Positions 10,633 through 20,199 of a stretch of 30,043 nt of DNA are shown here, one piece after another. The DNA is from Chiloscyllium plagiosum (taxonomy: Eukaryota): positions 4,265,111 to 4,295,153 of the forward strand of contig NC_057757.1 of the NCBI RefSeq assembly GCF_004010195.1. The letters run 5' to 3'. A model generated the notes under the pieces. That model searched no databases. It was not told where the DNA came from and saw nothing but the letters and a program-made list of their open reading frames with translations. Position 1 is the first letter of the stretch, and each line of letters starts with the position of its first letter. The position numbers and the translations under genes are program-made.

Positions 10633-11399
10633 TGTGCGGGAAACCAGCAGTGCCCCCATCTCTAGCCCAGCGTATCCTCGGAGGGCACCCGGCCGAAGTG
10701 GGCAGCTTCCCCTGGCACGTGTACTTCGAGAGCACCGTGTGTGGCGGGGCCCTTGTGTCTGACCGCTGGGTGCTGACCAGCGCCACGTGTGTGGAAGGCG
10801 CCGGGGGTGTGCTGCGCCTGTTCGCCGGCGGAATCGACCTGAACTCCCCAGAGGGCTGGCGGGGCCCGCTGGAGGCACGGCAGATCGTGCGGCACCCGAG
10901 CTTCGGCGGGCGCCGAGCCGGCTTCGAAGGCGACGTGGCGCTGGTCAGGCTTGGGAGCCGGGTGGAGGCCGGGCGCCACCTCTCGCCCGTCTGCCTGCCC
11001 TCCCGGCGTTCCGGCTCCCGACCCGCGGCGGGCAAGGTGGGCTACATCTCAGGGTTCGGGAGGACGGAACGCTTCGCCCAGAGCGACGTCTTGATGTTCG
11101 CCGCTGTGCCGGTGGTGGAGGAGGTGCGGTGCGGGAACCTCTCCTCCTCCGCCCGCCACGGTGGTGCCCAGCTCACCAACAACATGCTGTGCGCCGGGAG
11201 CCCAGGCATCGATGCCTGCACGGGTGATGGTGGAGGGGCCTACGTCTTTGAGGACCCACTGAAGCCTGACACCTACTATGTCGCCGGGATAGTGTCCTGG
11301 GGGATTCAGTGCGGGGCTTATGGGATCTACACTAACGTCATCAACTACCTCGACTGGATCGAGAAGACGATGGCTGAGGAGGGCGATGGTCAGAACTGA
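10633..11399 (+). CDS. C1S-like: Terminal coding exon: linker, activation site and complete trypsin-like domain of a C1s-like protein with non-catalytic residues (His57>Thr, Ser195>Gly)
   Basis: Acceptor ctcctcgttggcAG (10631-10632). Reads VCGKP...QR|ILGG..FPW, GGALVSDRWVLTSATC, FEGDVALVRL, SPVCLP, GYISGFGRTE, NMLCAG, DACTGDGGGA and AGIVSWGIQCGAYGIYTNVINYLDWIEKTM; stop TGA at 11397-11399. A single-exon protease domain is typical of C1r/C1s/MASP2/MASP3, and the C-terminal half is closest to C1s as I recall it. Confidence 0.92.
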
Positions 11400-11447
11400 A
11401 TTCTCCCCCGGGATAAGCTGCACTGGAGCTACGCGATATCGCTTACC

Positions 11448-11453
11448 AATAAA
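11448..11453 (+). terminator. Polyadenylation signal of the C1s-like gene
   Basis: AATAAA 48 nt after the stop codon, followed by T/GT-rich sequence (~11483-11525). Confidence 0.7.
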
Positions 11454-11609
11454 ATGCCTCTGATGAAAAAGAAACATGAGCCCTTCTTTCTGCTGCATGT
11501 TTCTGCTGGGTACACTGCTTTTGGACATCTGAATAGACCCCTCAAATCTAATGTCACTCTTTGCGGGCCTTCTTTGCAGTTGCATTTCTCTGTTCTGTCA
11601 CCCTCTGAT

Positions 11610-11877
11610 CATAGATATAAAAAGGACCTAAGGGGCAACTTTTTCACGCAGAGGGTGGTACGGGTATGGAATGAGCTGCCAGAGGAAGTGATGGAGGCTG
11701 GTACAATTACAACATTTAAAAGGCATCTGGATGGGTATATGAATAGGAAGCGTTTAGAGGGATATGGGCCAAGTGCTGGCAAATGGGACTAGTTTGGGTT
11801 GGGATATCTGGTCAGCATGGACGAGTTGGACCAAAGGGTCTGTTTCTGTGCTGTACAGCACAATGACTCTGTGACTC
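11610..11877 (+). mobile_element. CR1-clade LINE 3' end
   Basis: RYKKDLRGNFFTQRVVRVWNELPEEVMEAGTITTFKRHLDGYMNRKRLEGYGPSAGKWD, then a 3' UTR and a GACTCT tail. Confidence 0.9.
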
Positions 11878-12039
11878 TTTGTTTGCTGCAGTCTGCCCAT
11901 GCAACACGCAAAACAAAACTTTCCACTGTACTCAGGTGCATGAGGCAATAATAAATCAAATGGGCCAGGAATTGTGAATGAGGTTGGTCCAACCATTTAA
12001 TACAATCTTATCTCAGTCCCAACTCCTTTTCCACCCGTT

Positions 12040-12435
12040 TCCTGTTAAAACCCTGTCTCCTCCTTACGTTTCCCAGCTTCCACTGCACTCTGGGCAAGTG
12101 AATCCCACAGATTCCTGACGTTTTGGAAGAAGTAATCCCTCCCCATCTCTGTTTTAAATCTGCTGCCCCCTTACCCTAATACCCCCACCTCTTGGTCTAG
12201 AGTGTTGCACATGAGGAAACACCCTCCCTATATCTAATTTGTCAATGCCCTTTTAGCAACTTGTAGACCTCAATCAGATCTCCCCTCGTCCTTATTCACT
12301 CGACAGAGAGAGAATCGGCCTAAACTCCCCAGTCTCTCCCCATAAGACAAACCCCTCGTCTCTGGAATCAATCGAGTGAGTCTCCTCTGAACGGCCTCCA
12401 ATATAAATAACCCCCTCCTCAAGTTGGAGACCAAA
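12040..12435 (-). mobile_element. Old degenerate CR1 fragment
   Basis: Reverse complement gives GDLIEVYKLLKGIDKLD..FPH..TRGG-like remnants. Confidence 0.55.
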
Positions 12436-12929
12436 CCTCTTATGGCCACCTCAACTCTTCCTAATTACCCTTGAGCAATAAAAGTCAAAATTTCGATTGC
12501 TTTGACTATCCCATTTCTCCTGACAACCTGAACACCCACTCCGAACCTGATCCTTTGATAGGTGGATCCGGGAACGGGAATGTGATCCATATTCCCGGAT
12601 CAACCATTCCCGGATATCCATCTGGAGAGTCTGCAGAGTCCGAGCCTGTGCTGCGTGATGCAAGACCTCACTGCTACACTGCCTTCAAAGGCATTGGATT
12701 TCTATCTTGCGATTGCAATCAGCTTTGAATGGCTCTGAAAATGCAGCCAATAATCTGATAAAGCTGATCGTGAGGGAGGTGAATACAATGGGCCAGTGTG
12801 TTGGCAACTTGTCCAACAGAGCATGAGCTCCAACGCAGATCACAAGTCCTGCTTGGACAACCCGAGAGACTACGTGTAATGAATTTGACATTTTATTTCT
12901 CCAAGAGCAGGTCAGAGGTTACAAATCCT

Positions 12930-13535
12930 ACGGCGAGTAACTCACCTCCTGACTCCCCAAAGCCTGTCCACCATTGACAAGACACAAGTCAGGAGTGTGA
13001 GGGAATACTTCCCACGTGCCCTGGATGGAGGCAGCTCCAGTCCCAGTTGGGAAGCTTGACACCATCCAGGGAAAATGTAGACTCCGCTTGGTTGGCATGC
13101 ATCCACTCCTTCCAATGCCAATGCTCAGTAACAGCACTGTGTACCAACTACAAGATGGCACCCCGTTAGCTATGATTCCTATCTGATCGCTGCTGGTAAA
13201 GGGGCATTGGGTCAGTTGAGGTGGTCCATGCTCACACGTAAAACATTAAGGATATTTGTATGTAACATTCACCCCACACAAGAGCCCTGTGTCCACCTCC
13301 TTCAATATTCATTCCGCTCTACCACCGATATCCAGCAGTGTGTACCATTTACAAGACGCACAGCATCAACTCACCAGAGCTCCCTCGGACATGACTTTCC
13401 AAATCCATGACCTCTGCCATCAAGATAGCAAACATAGAGGGTCACCTTTGCACACACGCATTCTCCCCGCCCAAATCACACACTTAGAAATATCTTGGTA
13501 CTCATTCACTGTCACTGGATCTTATGCCCAGTAAT
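12930..13535 (+). mobile_element. Degenerate LINE (CR1/L2-group) RT C-terminus fragments
   Basis: THLLTPQSLSTIDKTQVRSVREYFPRAW..KLDTIQ-like remnant at 12940-13070; CAGCAGTGTGTACCAT..ACAAGA segment present twice. Confidence 0.55.
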
Positions 13536-13548
13536 ATCAGGCAGATAT

Positions 13549-13995
13549 TTTTTATTCATTTGTGGGACTTGAGCATCGCTGGCTGGCCAGCATTGGTAGC
13601 CCATCCCTATTTGCCCTTGAGAAGGTGGGGGTGAGCTGTCTTCTCGAATCGCTGCAGTCCACTTAATATGGGTGTGACTTTCTAGTGATTGATACAAGTG
13701 AGCGGCTTGCTAGGCCATTATCAGAGGACAGTTGAGAGTCAACTACATTGCTGTGGCTTTGGAGTCACATGTAGGCCAGACCAGGTAGGGATGACAGATT
13801 TCCTTCCCTAAAGGGGGAATTTTTCCAGACAATTGTTTCATGGTCATCGGTTGACCCTTAATTCCAATTTTTTAAAAACTGAACTCAAATTCCACCATCT
13901 GCCCTGGCAGGATTTGAAACCAGACTCCCAGAATATTATGCAGGGCTTTTGGATTTAATAGCTGAGCAATAACACAACTAGGCCACTGCCACCCC
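13549..13995 (-). mobile_element. SacSINE1/Deu-type SINE
   Basis: TTTTTATTCATTTGTGGGA..GGAGTCACATGTAGGCCAGACCAGGTAGGGATGACAGATTTCCTTCCCTAAAG..GGATTTGAAACC is the reverse complement of the 9811 copy. Confidence 0.78.
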
Positions 13996-14361
13996 TTCAA
14001 GGACAGGCCTCAAAGTTACCTTGTTATGAGTGGCAGTGGGATGGGTGCTAAATGCTGGCTGGACCAACAGACCTGAAAGCTCAGAAATACTTCAGGAACT
14101 AAAACACGACTACTGAGCTTAAACACATGCAATTAACCCTCCAGGCAAAATCTTGCTCTTCACAACCACGGACTGTGCTTAAGCAGTTCCATTGCAGTTC
14201 CAAGCTCTTGGCAAGAACATTTTCTCTGGTGATGCTGACCTATTTTGACCCAAACGTCTCACTGCTTGAGCTGGTCACTTCCAGCAGGCCCTGGTGGGAA
14301 AGCTGTGGGCTTTATTGCTAATAGAAACCTTGATTAAAGTGTGGAGCAGCACAGGTCAAAC

Positions 14362-15375
14362 CCCAGGCCTAACCCTAACCCTAACCCTAACAATAACCTT
14401 AACCATAACCCTGGCACTAACCCTAACGCTGACCCTAAACTTAATCCAAAGCCTAGACCTCGCGCTAAACTTAACCTGAAATGTGAACTTATTCTTAACT
14501 ACCCTAACCCTCACCCAGAAACTAACCCTAACCCTAACCCTGTCCCTAACCCTAACCCTAACCCTAACAATAACCTTAACCATGACCATGACACTAACCC
14601 TAACGCTGACCCTAAACTTGACCCAAAGCCTAGACCTCACGCTAAACTTAACCTAAAATGTAAACTTGTTCTTAACTACTCTAACCCTATCCCTGACACT
14701 AACCCTAACCCTAACCCAACCCTAACCCTGACACTAACCCTAACTGTCCTGGAGTATTAACATAATCTTCCCTGATGTTACTATCATCCATATCCTTCTC
14801 CTTTGTAAATACTGATGCAAAGTATTCATTAAGGACCTCACCCACCTCCGCTGGCATATATTCCCTCCTTTTTCCTTGAGTGGACCCACCCTCTTCCTAG
14901 CTGCCAGTTTCCTCCTAATATATGTTTTAAATGTCTTGGGATTCCCTTTAATCTTACTTGCCAAGGACATTTCATGGCCCGTCTCAGCTCTCTTAATTCC
15001 TCATTTGAGTTCTCCTAACCCTATCTTTGATGCTAATCCTAAGTGCAACCCTAACCATAAACCTATCTCTGACACTCACCCTAACCCTAAACCTATCTCT
15101 GACACTAAATCTAACCCTAACCCTACCCCTGATACAGACCCTAGTTGTAAAGCTATCCCTGACACTAACCCTAACCCTATCTTTGACCCTAACCTTAACC
15201 CTATCCCTGATACTAACCCTAACCCTAAACCCTATCTCTGAAACTAACCCGAATCATAATTCTATCCCTAACCCTAACCCTATCCCTGACACTAAACCTA
15301 ACTGCAATTCTATCTCTGACATTAATCCTATCTTAACCCTAAACCTAATATTCATGCTAACCCTAAAGCTAACCC
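14362..15375. repeat. Degenerate interstitial telomeric (CCCTAA)n array, split by a CR1 fragment at ~14746-15012
   Basis: Many perfect and variant CCCTAA hexamers; a 177-bp higher-order duplication (CAATAACCTT at 14391 and 14568). Confidence 0.88.
14746..15012 (-). mobile_element. Internal CR1 ORF2 (tether region) fragment
   Basis: HEMSLASKIKGNPKTFKTYIRRK..VGPLKEKGGNIC, homologous to 965-1306. Confidence 0.8.
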
Positions 15376-15575
15376 AGTATGGTGGTCTCTCGACCCAGCA
15401 TGGTGGTCTCTCGGAGGACTAGCGTGACAGTCTCTCATCCTGTGTGGTAGTCTCTCGACCTGGTGTGGTAGTCTCTAGGCCTGGCATGTCAGTGTCTTGG
15501 CCCAGCATGGCGGTCTCTCGGCCTGGGTGGTGGTCTCTTGGAGGACTGGTGTGGAGATCTCTCAGCCTGGCATGG
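15373..15575. repeat. Degenerate ~22-bp tandem repeat
   Basis: Recurring CCCAGCATGGTGGTCTCTCGG / CCTGGTGTGGTAGTCTCTCG units. Confidence 0.65.
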
Positions 15576-15654
15576 CCTCAGCCTGCACTTCTAGCCTGGA
15601 GATGATTCCAGAGCGGTCTCCTGGCCTCAAGGTGAAACCCAGCATGGTTTGGAG

Positions 15655-16395
15655 TCAAGGCCAATCCACCCTAACTTGCACATCCCTGAACACTGTGGGC
15701 AATTTATCACGGCCAATCCACCCTAACCTGCACATCCCTGGGCACTATGGGACAATTTAGCATGGCCAATCCACCCTAACCTACACATCCCTGGGCACTA
15801 TGGGACAATTTAGCATGGCCAATCTACCCTAACCTACACATCCATGGGCACTATGGAACAATTTAGCATGGCCAATCCACCCTAACCTGCACATTCCTGG
15901 ACACAATGGGACAATTTAGCATGGCCAACCCACCCTAACCTACACATACCTGGGAACTATGGGCAATTTAGCACAACCAATCCACCCTAGCCTGCACATC
16001 CCTGGACACAATGGGACACTTTAGCATGGCCAATCCACCCTAAACTGCACATCCCTGGACACTATGGGACAATTTAGCACGGCCAATCCACCCTAACCTA
16101 CACATCCCTGGGCACTATGGGCCAATTTAGCATGGGCAATCCACCCTAACTTACACATCCCTGGACACAATGGGACAATTTAGCATTGCCAATCCACCCT
16201 AACCTACACATCCCTGGGCACTATGGGAAATTTAGCACAGCCGATCCACCCTAACTTGCACATCCCTGGACACTATGGGACAATTCAGCACAGGCAATTC
16301 ACCCTAAACTGCACATCTTTGGACTGTGGGAGGAAACCGGAGCACCTGGAGGAAACCCATGCAGACATGGGGAGAATGTGCAAACGCCATACTGG
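15655..16395 (-). mobile_element. HE1-type SINE with ~12 tandem copies of a 53-bp internal unit
   Basis: CCCTAACCTGCACATCCCTGGGCACTATGGGACAATTTAGCATGGCCAATCCA repeats (period 53, e.g. 15721 to 15774), followed by the V-domain reverse complement at 16315-16390. Confidence 0.88.
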
Positions 16396-16852
16396 ATGCA
16401 GACTGGAGACAGGGTGCCAGGGCGGACTGGGTTGGAAGGGCTGTTGATCTGAACCTTTCGTTTCTCTATTTCCTCATTTATTCTGGTGACCTGTAATACT
16501 GGACATTTTACTTCCTTATTTTTCTATATTTTTCTCTAAGAATTTGTCTTGAACTATCTGTGCCTTGTACCTAAGATGATGTCATAAGTGCGGTCTTTTA
16601 AACTTTACCTCTGATAACCGTGACAATAAAGCTTATTCTAATTCCAACCCAAGCCCAAGAATAGATTGTCGGAATTACTGATCTTACTGTCATATCTGCT
16701 TCTAATCAAATTATATCCCTCTTTGGAGGGATACAGTTGTTTTGGGAGCAGTTCAGAGGAGGTTCACTTGGGTAATCCCACAGTTGAGGAGTTTGACTAA
16801 GGAGGAGATATTGAGTGGAGCTTTGATCACGGTGTTCCAAACTGTGAGCAAT

Positions 16853-17735
16853 CACAATGGTTAACACTGCTGCCTCACAGCGCCAGGGATCCGGGTTCGA
16901 TTCCACCCTCGGGTGACTCTCTGTGTGGAGTTTGCACATTCTCCCCCTGTGTCTGTGTGGGTTTCCTCCAGGTGCTCCAGTTTCCTCCCCCAGTCCAAAG
17001 ATGTGCAGGCTAGGGTGGATTGGTCATGCTAAATTGTCCCATAGTGCCCAGGGATGTGCAGGTTAGGGTGGATTGGCCATGCTACATTGTCCCATAGTGC
17101 CCAGGGATGTGCAGGTTAGGGTGGATTGGCCGTGCTAAATTGTGCCATAGTGCCCAGGGATGTGCAGGTTAGGGTGGATTGGCCATGCTAAATTGTCCCA
17201 TAGTGCCCAGGGATGTGCAGGTTAGGATGGATTGGCCATGCTAAATTGCCTCATCGTGTCACAGGATTTGCAGGCTAGGGTGGATGGGCCATGTTAAGTT
17301 GCCGAGAAGAAAGTGAGAACGGCAGATGCTGGAGATCAGAGCTGAAAATGTGTTGCTGGAAAAGCGCAGCAGGTCAGGCAGCATCCAAGGAGCAGGAGAA
17401 TTGACGTTTCGGGCACGAGCCCTTTTTCAGGCTCATGCCCGAAACGTCAATTCTCCTGCTCCTTGGATGCTGCCTGACCTGCTGCGCTTTTCCAGCAACA
17501 CATTTTCAGCCCATGTTAAGTTGCCCCATAGTGTCACAGGGATGTGCAGGTTCGGGTGGATTGGCCATGTTAAGTTGCTCCATGGTGTCCAGGGATGTAC
17601 AGGTTAGGGTGGATTGGCCGTGAGAAATAAAGGGTTACATGGATGGGATGTGTCTGGGTTGGATGCTCTTTGGAAGGGCGATGTGGACTCAATAGGCTGA
17701 ATGGCCAGTTTCCACACTGAAGGGATTCTATAATT
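16853..17735 (+). mobile_element. HE1-type SINE with ~7 copies of the 53-bp unit, interrupted at 17304-17510
   Basis: B-box GGTTCGATTCC at ~16894, V-domain, tandem units and a GGATTCTAT tail. Confidence 0.88.
17304..17510. mobile_element. Palindromic Penelope-associated element with a 15-bp flanking duplication
   Basis: Near-perfect ~80-bp inverted arms (GCTGAAAATGTGTTGCTGGAAAAGCGCAGC...GCTGCGCTTTTCCAGCAACACATTTTCAGC). CCATGTTAAGTTGCC at 17289-17303 and 17511-17525. Minus strand has a mutated hammerhead core CTGAAAA-AGGGC-TCGT-GCCC-GAAACGTC. Confidence 0.8.
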
Positions 17736-18196
17736 CTATTTACTCCCAAATCCTCCTTTGGTTAAAAAAGAAGGCGCCTATGTAAATGATCTGACTGAAA
17801 CCATGAACCTTGTGATCTTTCCTGGCTATCTGCAAAATTACAATGGAACATTTTATCCCTTTGCATCAAGTTCTACGCTCCTTATCTTGAATGTCACAAT
17901 GGTCCCCGTGAATAATTATTGGGCCAGGAGATGGCGAGGCAGGGTGGGGCCAACTCACCAACGTCTGACGTGGCATCCTTGAAGAATGAGGTCAAGCAGG
18001 GGCAGCGTGCAGTCTGGGACCTGAAGCCAATGATGAGACGTATAACAAAATCACAGCGTGGGGGAAGGGGAGCAATGTCTCCAAAAGGAAAGAACAGAGT
18101 GCTAACGAGAGGAGAAAGGATGGGGAAAAGGGCGCTGGAGCATTGAACCTGGATTTGTTGACTGGGAAAAGGTTCCCAGCTTTCTCTGCTCTGCGG

Positions 18197-18390
18197 CCAA
18201 TGCCTTATCTTTTGGCTGACATTTCATCGCCTGTTGATTGACCCGTAACCAATCTGCCAGAGTGGCTGATTCATGGGCAGGGCAGAGTGTTAGCTGCTGG
18301 AAAGAGAGCCAAACATTGCTTGGTTGGGTGCAGGAGGCTAGTCAGAACTACTATATAAACCTGGAATTTCCAACATATAAATCACTTCAG
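18197..18390 (+). promoter_or_regulatory. Core promoter of the micro-exon gene: CCAAT boxes, TATA box, initiator
   Basis: CCAAT at 18197-18201 and 18249-18253; TATATAAA at 18352-18359; Inr-like TCACTTC with A at 18384 (32 nt from the TATA start); a second TATAAA at 18376-18381. Lies in repeat-free sequence directly upstream of a Kozak ATG. Confidence 0.7.
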
Positions 18391-18416
18391 CTAGAGGCAA
18401 ACAGCTCACTGCAACC

Positions 18417-18471
18417 ATGGAGTACCCGTGTGTGCTCCTCCTGGTCAGCCTGATGGCGGTGGTCATGGCAG
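18417..18471 (+). CDS. Exon 1 coding part: signal peptide of an unrecognised secreted micro-exon protein
   Basis: Kozak context ACCATGG; MEYPCVLLLVSLMAVVMA plus G, then donor GTAGGA at 18472 (phase 1). Hydrophobic core; an A-D-A cleavage motif is completed by the next exon. Confidence 0.82.
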
Positions 18472-18537
18472 GTAGGAATCAACATGCTTTACCTATCATT
18501 TTCTAAACTTAGACAATTCCATATCGGCTCTCGCAGC

Positions 18538-18640
18538 CTCTGGACGGAGCTCCAAGTGTCCAGTGTAGATCATGGACAGAGCTCACAGTCTCTGGACGGA
18601 GCTCCAAGTGTCCAGAGTTGACTGTGGACAGAGCTCACGG
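18538..18640. repeat. Two-copy 52-bp tandem duplication
   Basis: CTCTGGACGGAGCTCCAAGTGTCCAG...TGGACAGAGCTCAC at 18538 and 18590. Confidence 0.8.
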
Positions 18641-18864
18641 GTTGCTCTGAAGCCTTCAGACTCAGAGAGATATGTGTATATATAAATATTAGAGAGAGAG
18701 AGAGAGAGACAGAGAGAAATATTGGAGCTAGCCCCCCTTCAAACACAACAACGCTAAATGGCATTGAGAAACCATCTGCAGCCATAGGAGGGTTAGTAAC
18801 TAGATCAAGCGTTTTGCTGGGGAATAGTGAAGTATTTATGGATGGGCAGGAGGGGAATCGTCAC

Positions 18865-19040
18865 CCACTGAGTGGTTAGTTTCTGATACCAACAGCGTGG
18901 CTTTGATTCCCGCACTAGCTGAGGTTACCCATGAAGGGTTGAATCCAGATTGAATCAACCTTCTCAACCTTTCCCCTCGTGTCAGACGTGGTGACCCTCA
19001 GGTCAAACCCCCACTAATTGTCTCTCTCTAATGAGAGAGC
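18865..19040 (+). mobile_element. Degenerate tRNA-derived SINE fragment
   Basis: A/B-box-like remnants (AGTGGTTAG..TTTGATTCCCGCAC) followed by GCTGAGGTTACC..CCTTCTCAACCT..GTGGTGACCCTCAGG; recognised only loosely. Confidence 0.4.
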
Positions 19041-19390
19041 TTTCCTCTGTTTGAGCAAGATAATAGCGAGTTTACCTTTGCCTCTGAACCAACAAAAATA
19101 ATATCAATTCGCAATAGAAGCATTGAGATAATGGACAGTGCCATCAATGCCATTGAGATATTGCATAATACAATCTTGTACCCATCAGTTGTACCGTCCA
19201 TGGTTCGGTTCATTACTCAGTGTCAACATCTCAAGTTACCTTCTAAATAGTTCAACGGGCAGAAGTAATGCCTTCTGGTATTCAGAAAAAAATTAGCATC
19301 GATTTTAGCATGTGACGTTTTGTATTGAAAATGTGGTACCTCCATTTCATAGCCAGAGACTGTGCTAACACTGCGTTTTTTTCTCCCTAG

Positions 19391-19408
19391 ATGCTTTTCA
19401 CTTAGATG
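19391..19408 (+). CDS. Micro-exon 2 (18 nt, phase 1-1): DAFHLD
   Basis: Branch point GCTAAC (~19364), T-rich tract, ccctAG acceptor and consensus donor GTGAGT at 19409; stop-free in phase 1. Confidence 0.78.
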
Positions 19409-19808
19409 GTGAGTATCTGAAGACAGAGAATTGATGCTGACTCCCCTTACCATGCATTAATTCACAAAATCATTTATTGAGATACAATCTTCCACAGTCC
19501 AGAGTTGCGCAGGTTTGGTAGATTAGCCGTGCTAAATTGTGTGAGTGAGTCCTTAAATCCTGAAAATAAATGCAGAATAAAGGGTTTTGTCGAACTGCAG
19601 CTTAACTTCTGCCTCCCTATATTGCAACCCTCTAAATCTAAAGGACAGAATTCCATTAGCTTTCTCTATTGTAAATGCAGCACATGACTCCCTCAAGCTT
19701 TGAACACAAAACATTAACAGGGCAAGCTCAATGAAATGAAGTGAGGTTTGTGAAATTTCACCCAGATTTGTGCCCGCATTTCGCTGAGTGGACAGGTGAC
19801 AATATTAT

Positions 19809-20105
19809 GGGGAGATTGCTGACAGATTAATAATCCAGAACTCCAGCCAATGTTGTGTGGACGTGAGTTGGCAGGAGCTGAAATTTATAATAAGTAAAAA
19901 TCTGAATTCACACCGAGAGTTGGCCCCGATTGTCCCAAAACCCAGCTGGGTCACTAATGCTCCTTAAGGAAAGGAAATCTGCCATCCTTACCCAACCTGG
20001 CCTACACATGCCTCCAGACCCACATGGTTGATTCTTAAATGCCCTCTGGGCAATTGGGGATGGGCAATAAACATCAGCCTAGCCAGCGATACCCACATCT
20101 CACCA
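19809..20105 (+). mobile_element. SacSINE1/Deu-type SINE
   Basis: Core AAAACCCAGCTGGGTCACTAATG..GGAAATCTGCCATCCTTACC..GGCCTACACATG..CCAGACCCAC. Confidence 0.7.
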
Positions 20106-20199
20106 GCAACCTTCCAGAACCAGAAATGAACATAAACTCCATTCCCTATTTTTAGTTCAAGGTGATAATTACATCGATGTGATGGTGGAGAGAGATCAT

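Noticed and set aside
10633..11399. Calling the gene haptoglobin, MASP1 or a pseudogene
   Set aside because: ILGGH..GSFPW resembles haptoglobin, but CCP2 and GIVSWGIQCGAYGIYT fit C1s better. MASP1 has a multi-exon protease domain. No stops or frameshifts are present. A phylogeny is still needed.
10294..11585. Overlapping alternative-frame and antisense ORFs of 105-194 aa
   Set aside because: Shadows of the GC-rich protease exon with no domain signal.
14294..15422. PNPNPN / LTLTLT / RVRVRV ORFs
   Set aside because: Reading frames of the CCCTAA repeat.
16853..16910. tRNA gene
   Set aside because: A/B boxes belong to SINE heads and continue into SINE body sequence; the same holds at 8926, 20800 and 26170.
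15655..17300. Regular repeat arrays as possible CRISPR
   Set aside because: Head-to-tail 53-bp units without unique spacers, inside SINEs in a vertebrate genome; no cas genes.
19189..19207. Possible extra micro-exon resembling 21534-21557 (AG|TTGTACCGTCCATGGTTCG|GT)
   Set aside because: 19 nt would break the frame and the donor GTTCAT is poor; at most a relic.
20156..20161. Possible 6-nt micro-exon (ttttAG|TTCAAG|GTGATA)
   Set aside because: Weak donor and no paralogous support; expected by chance.
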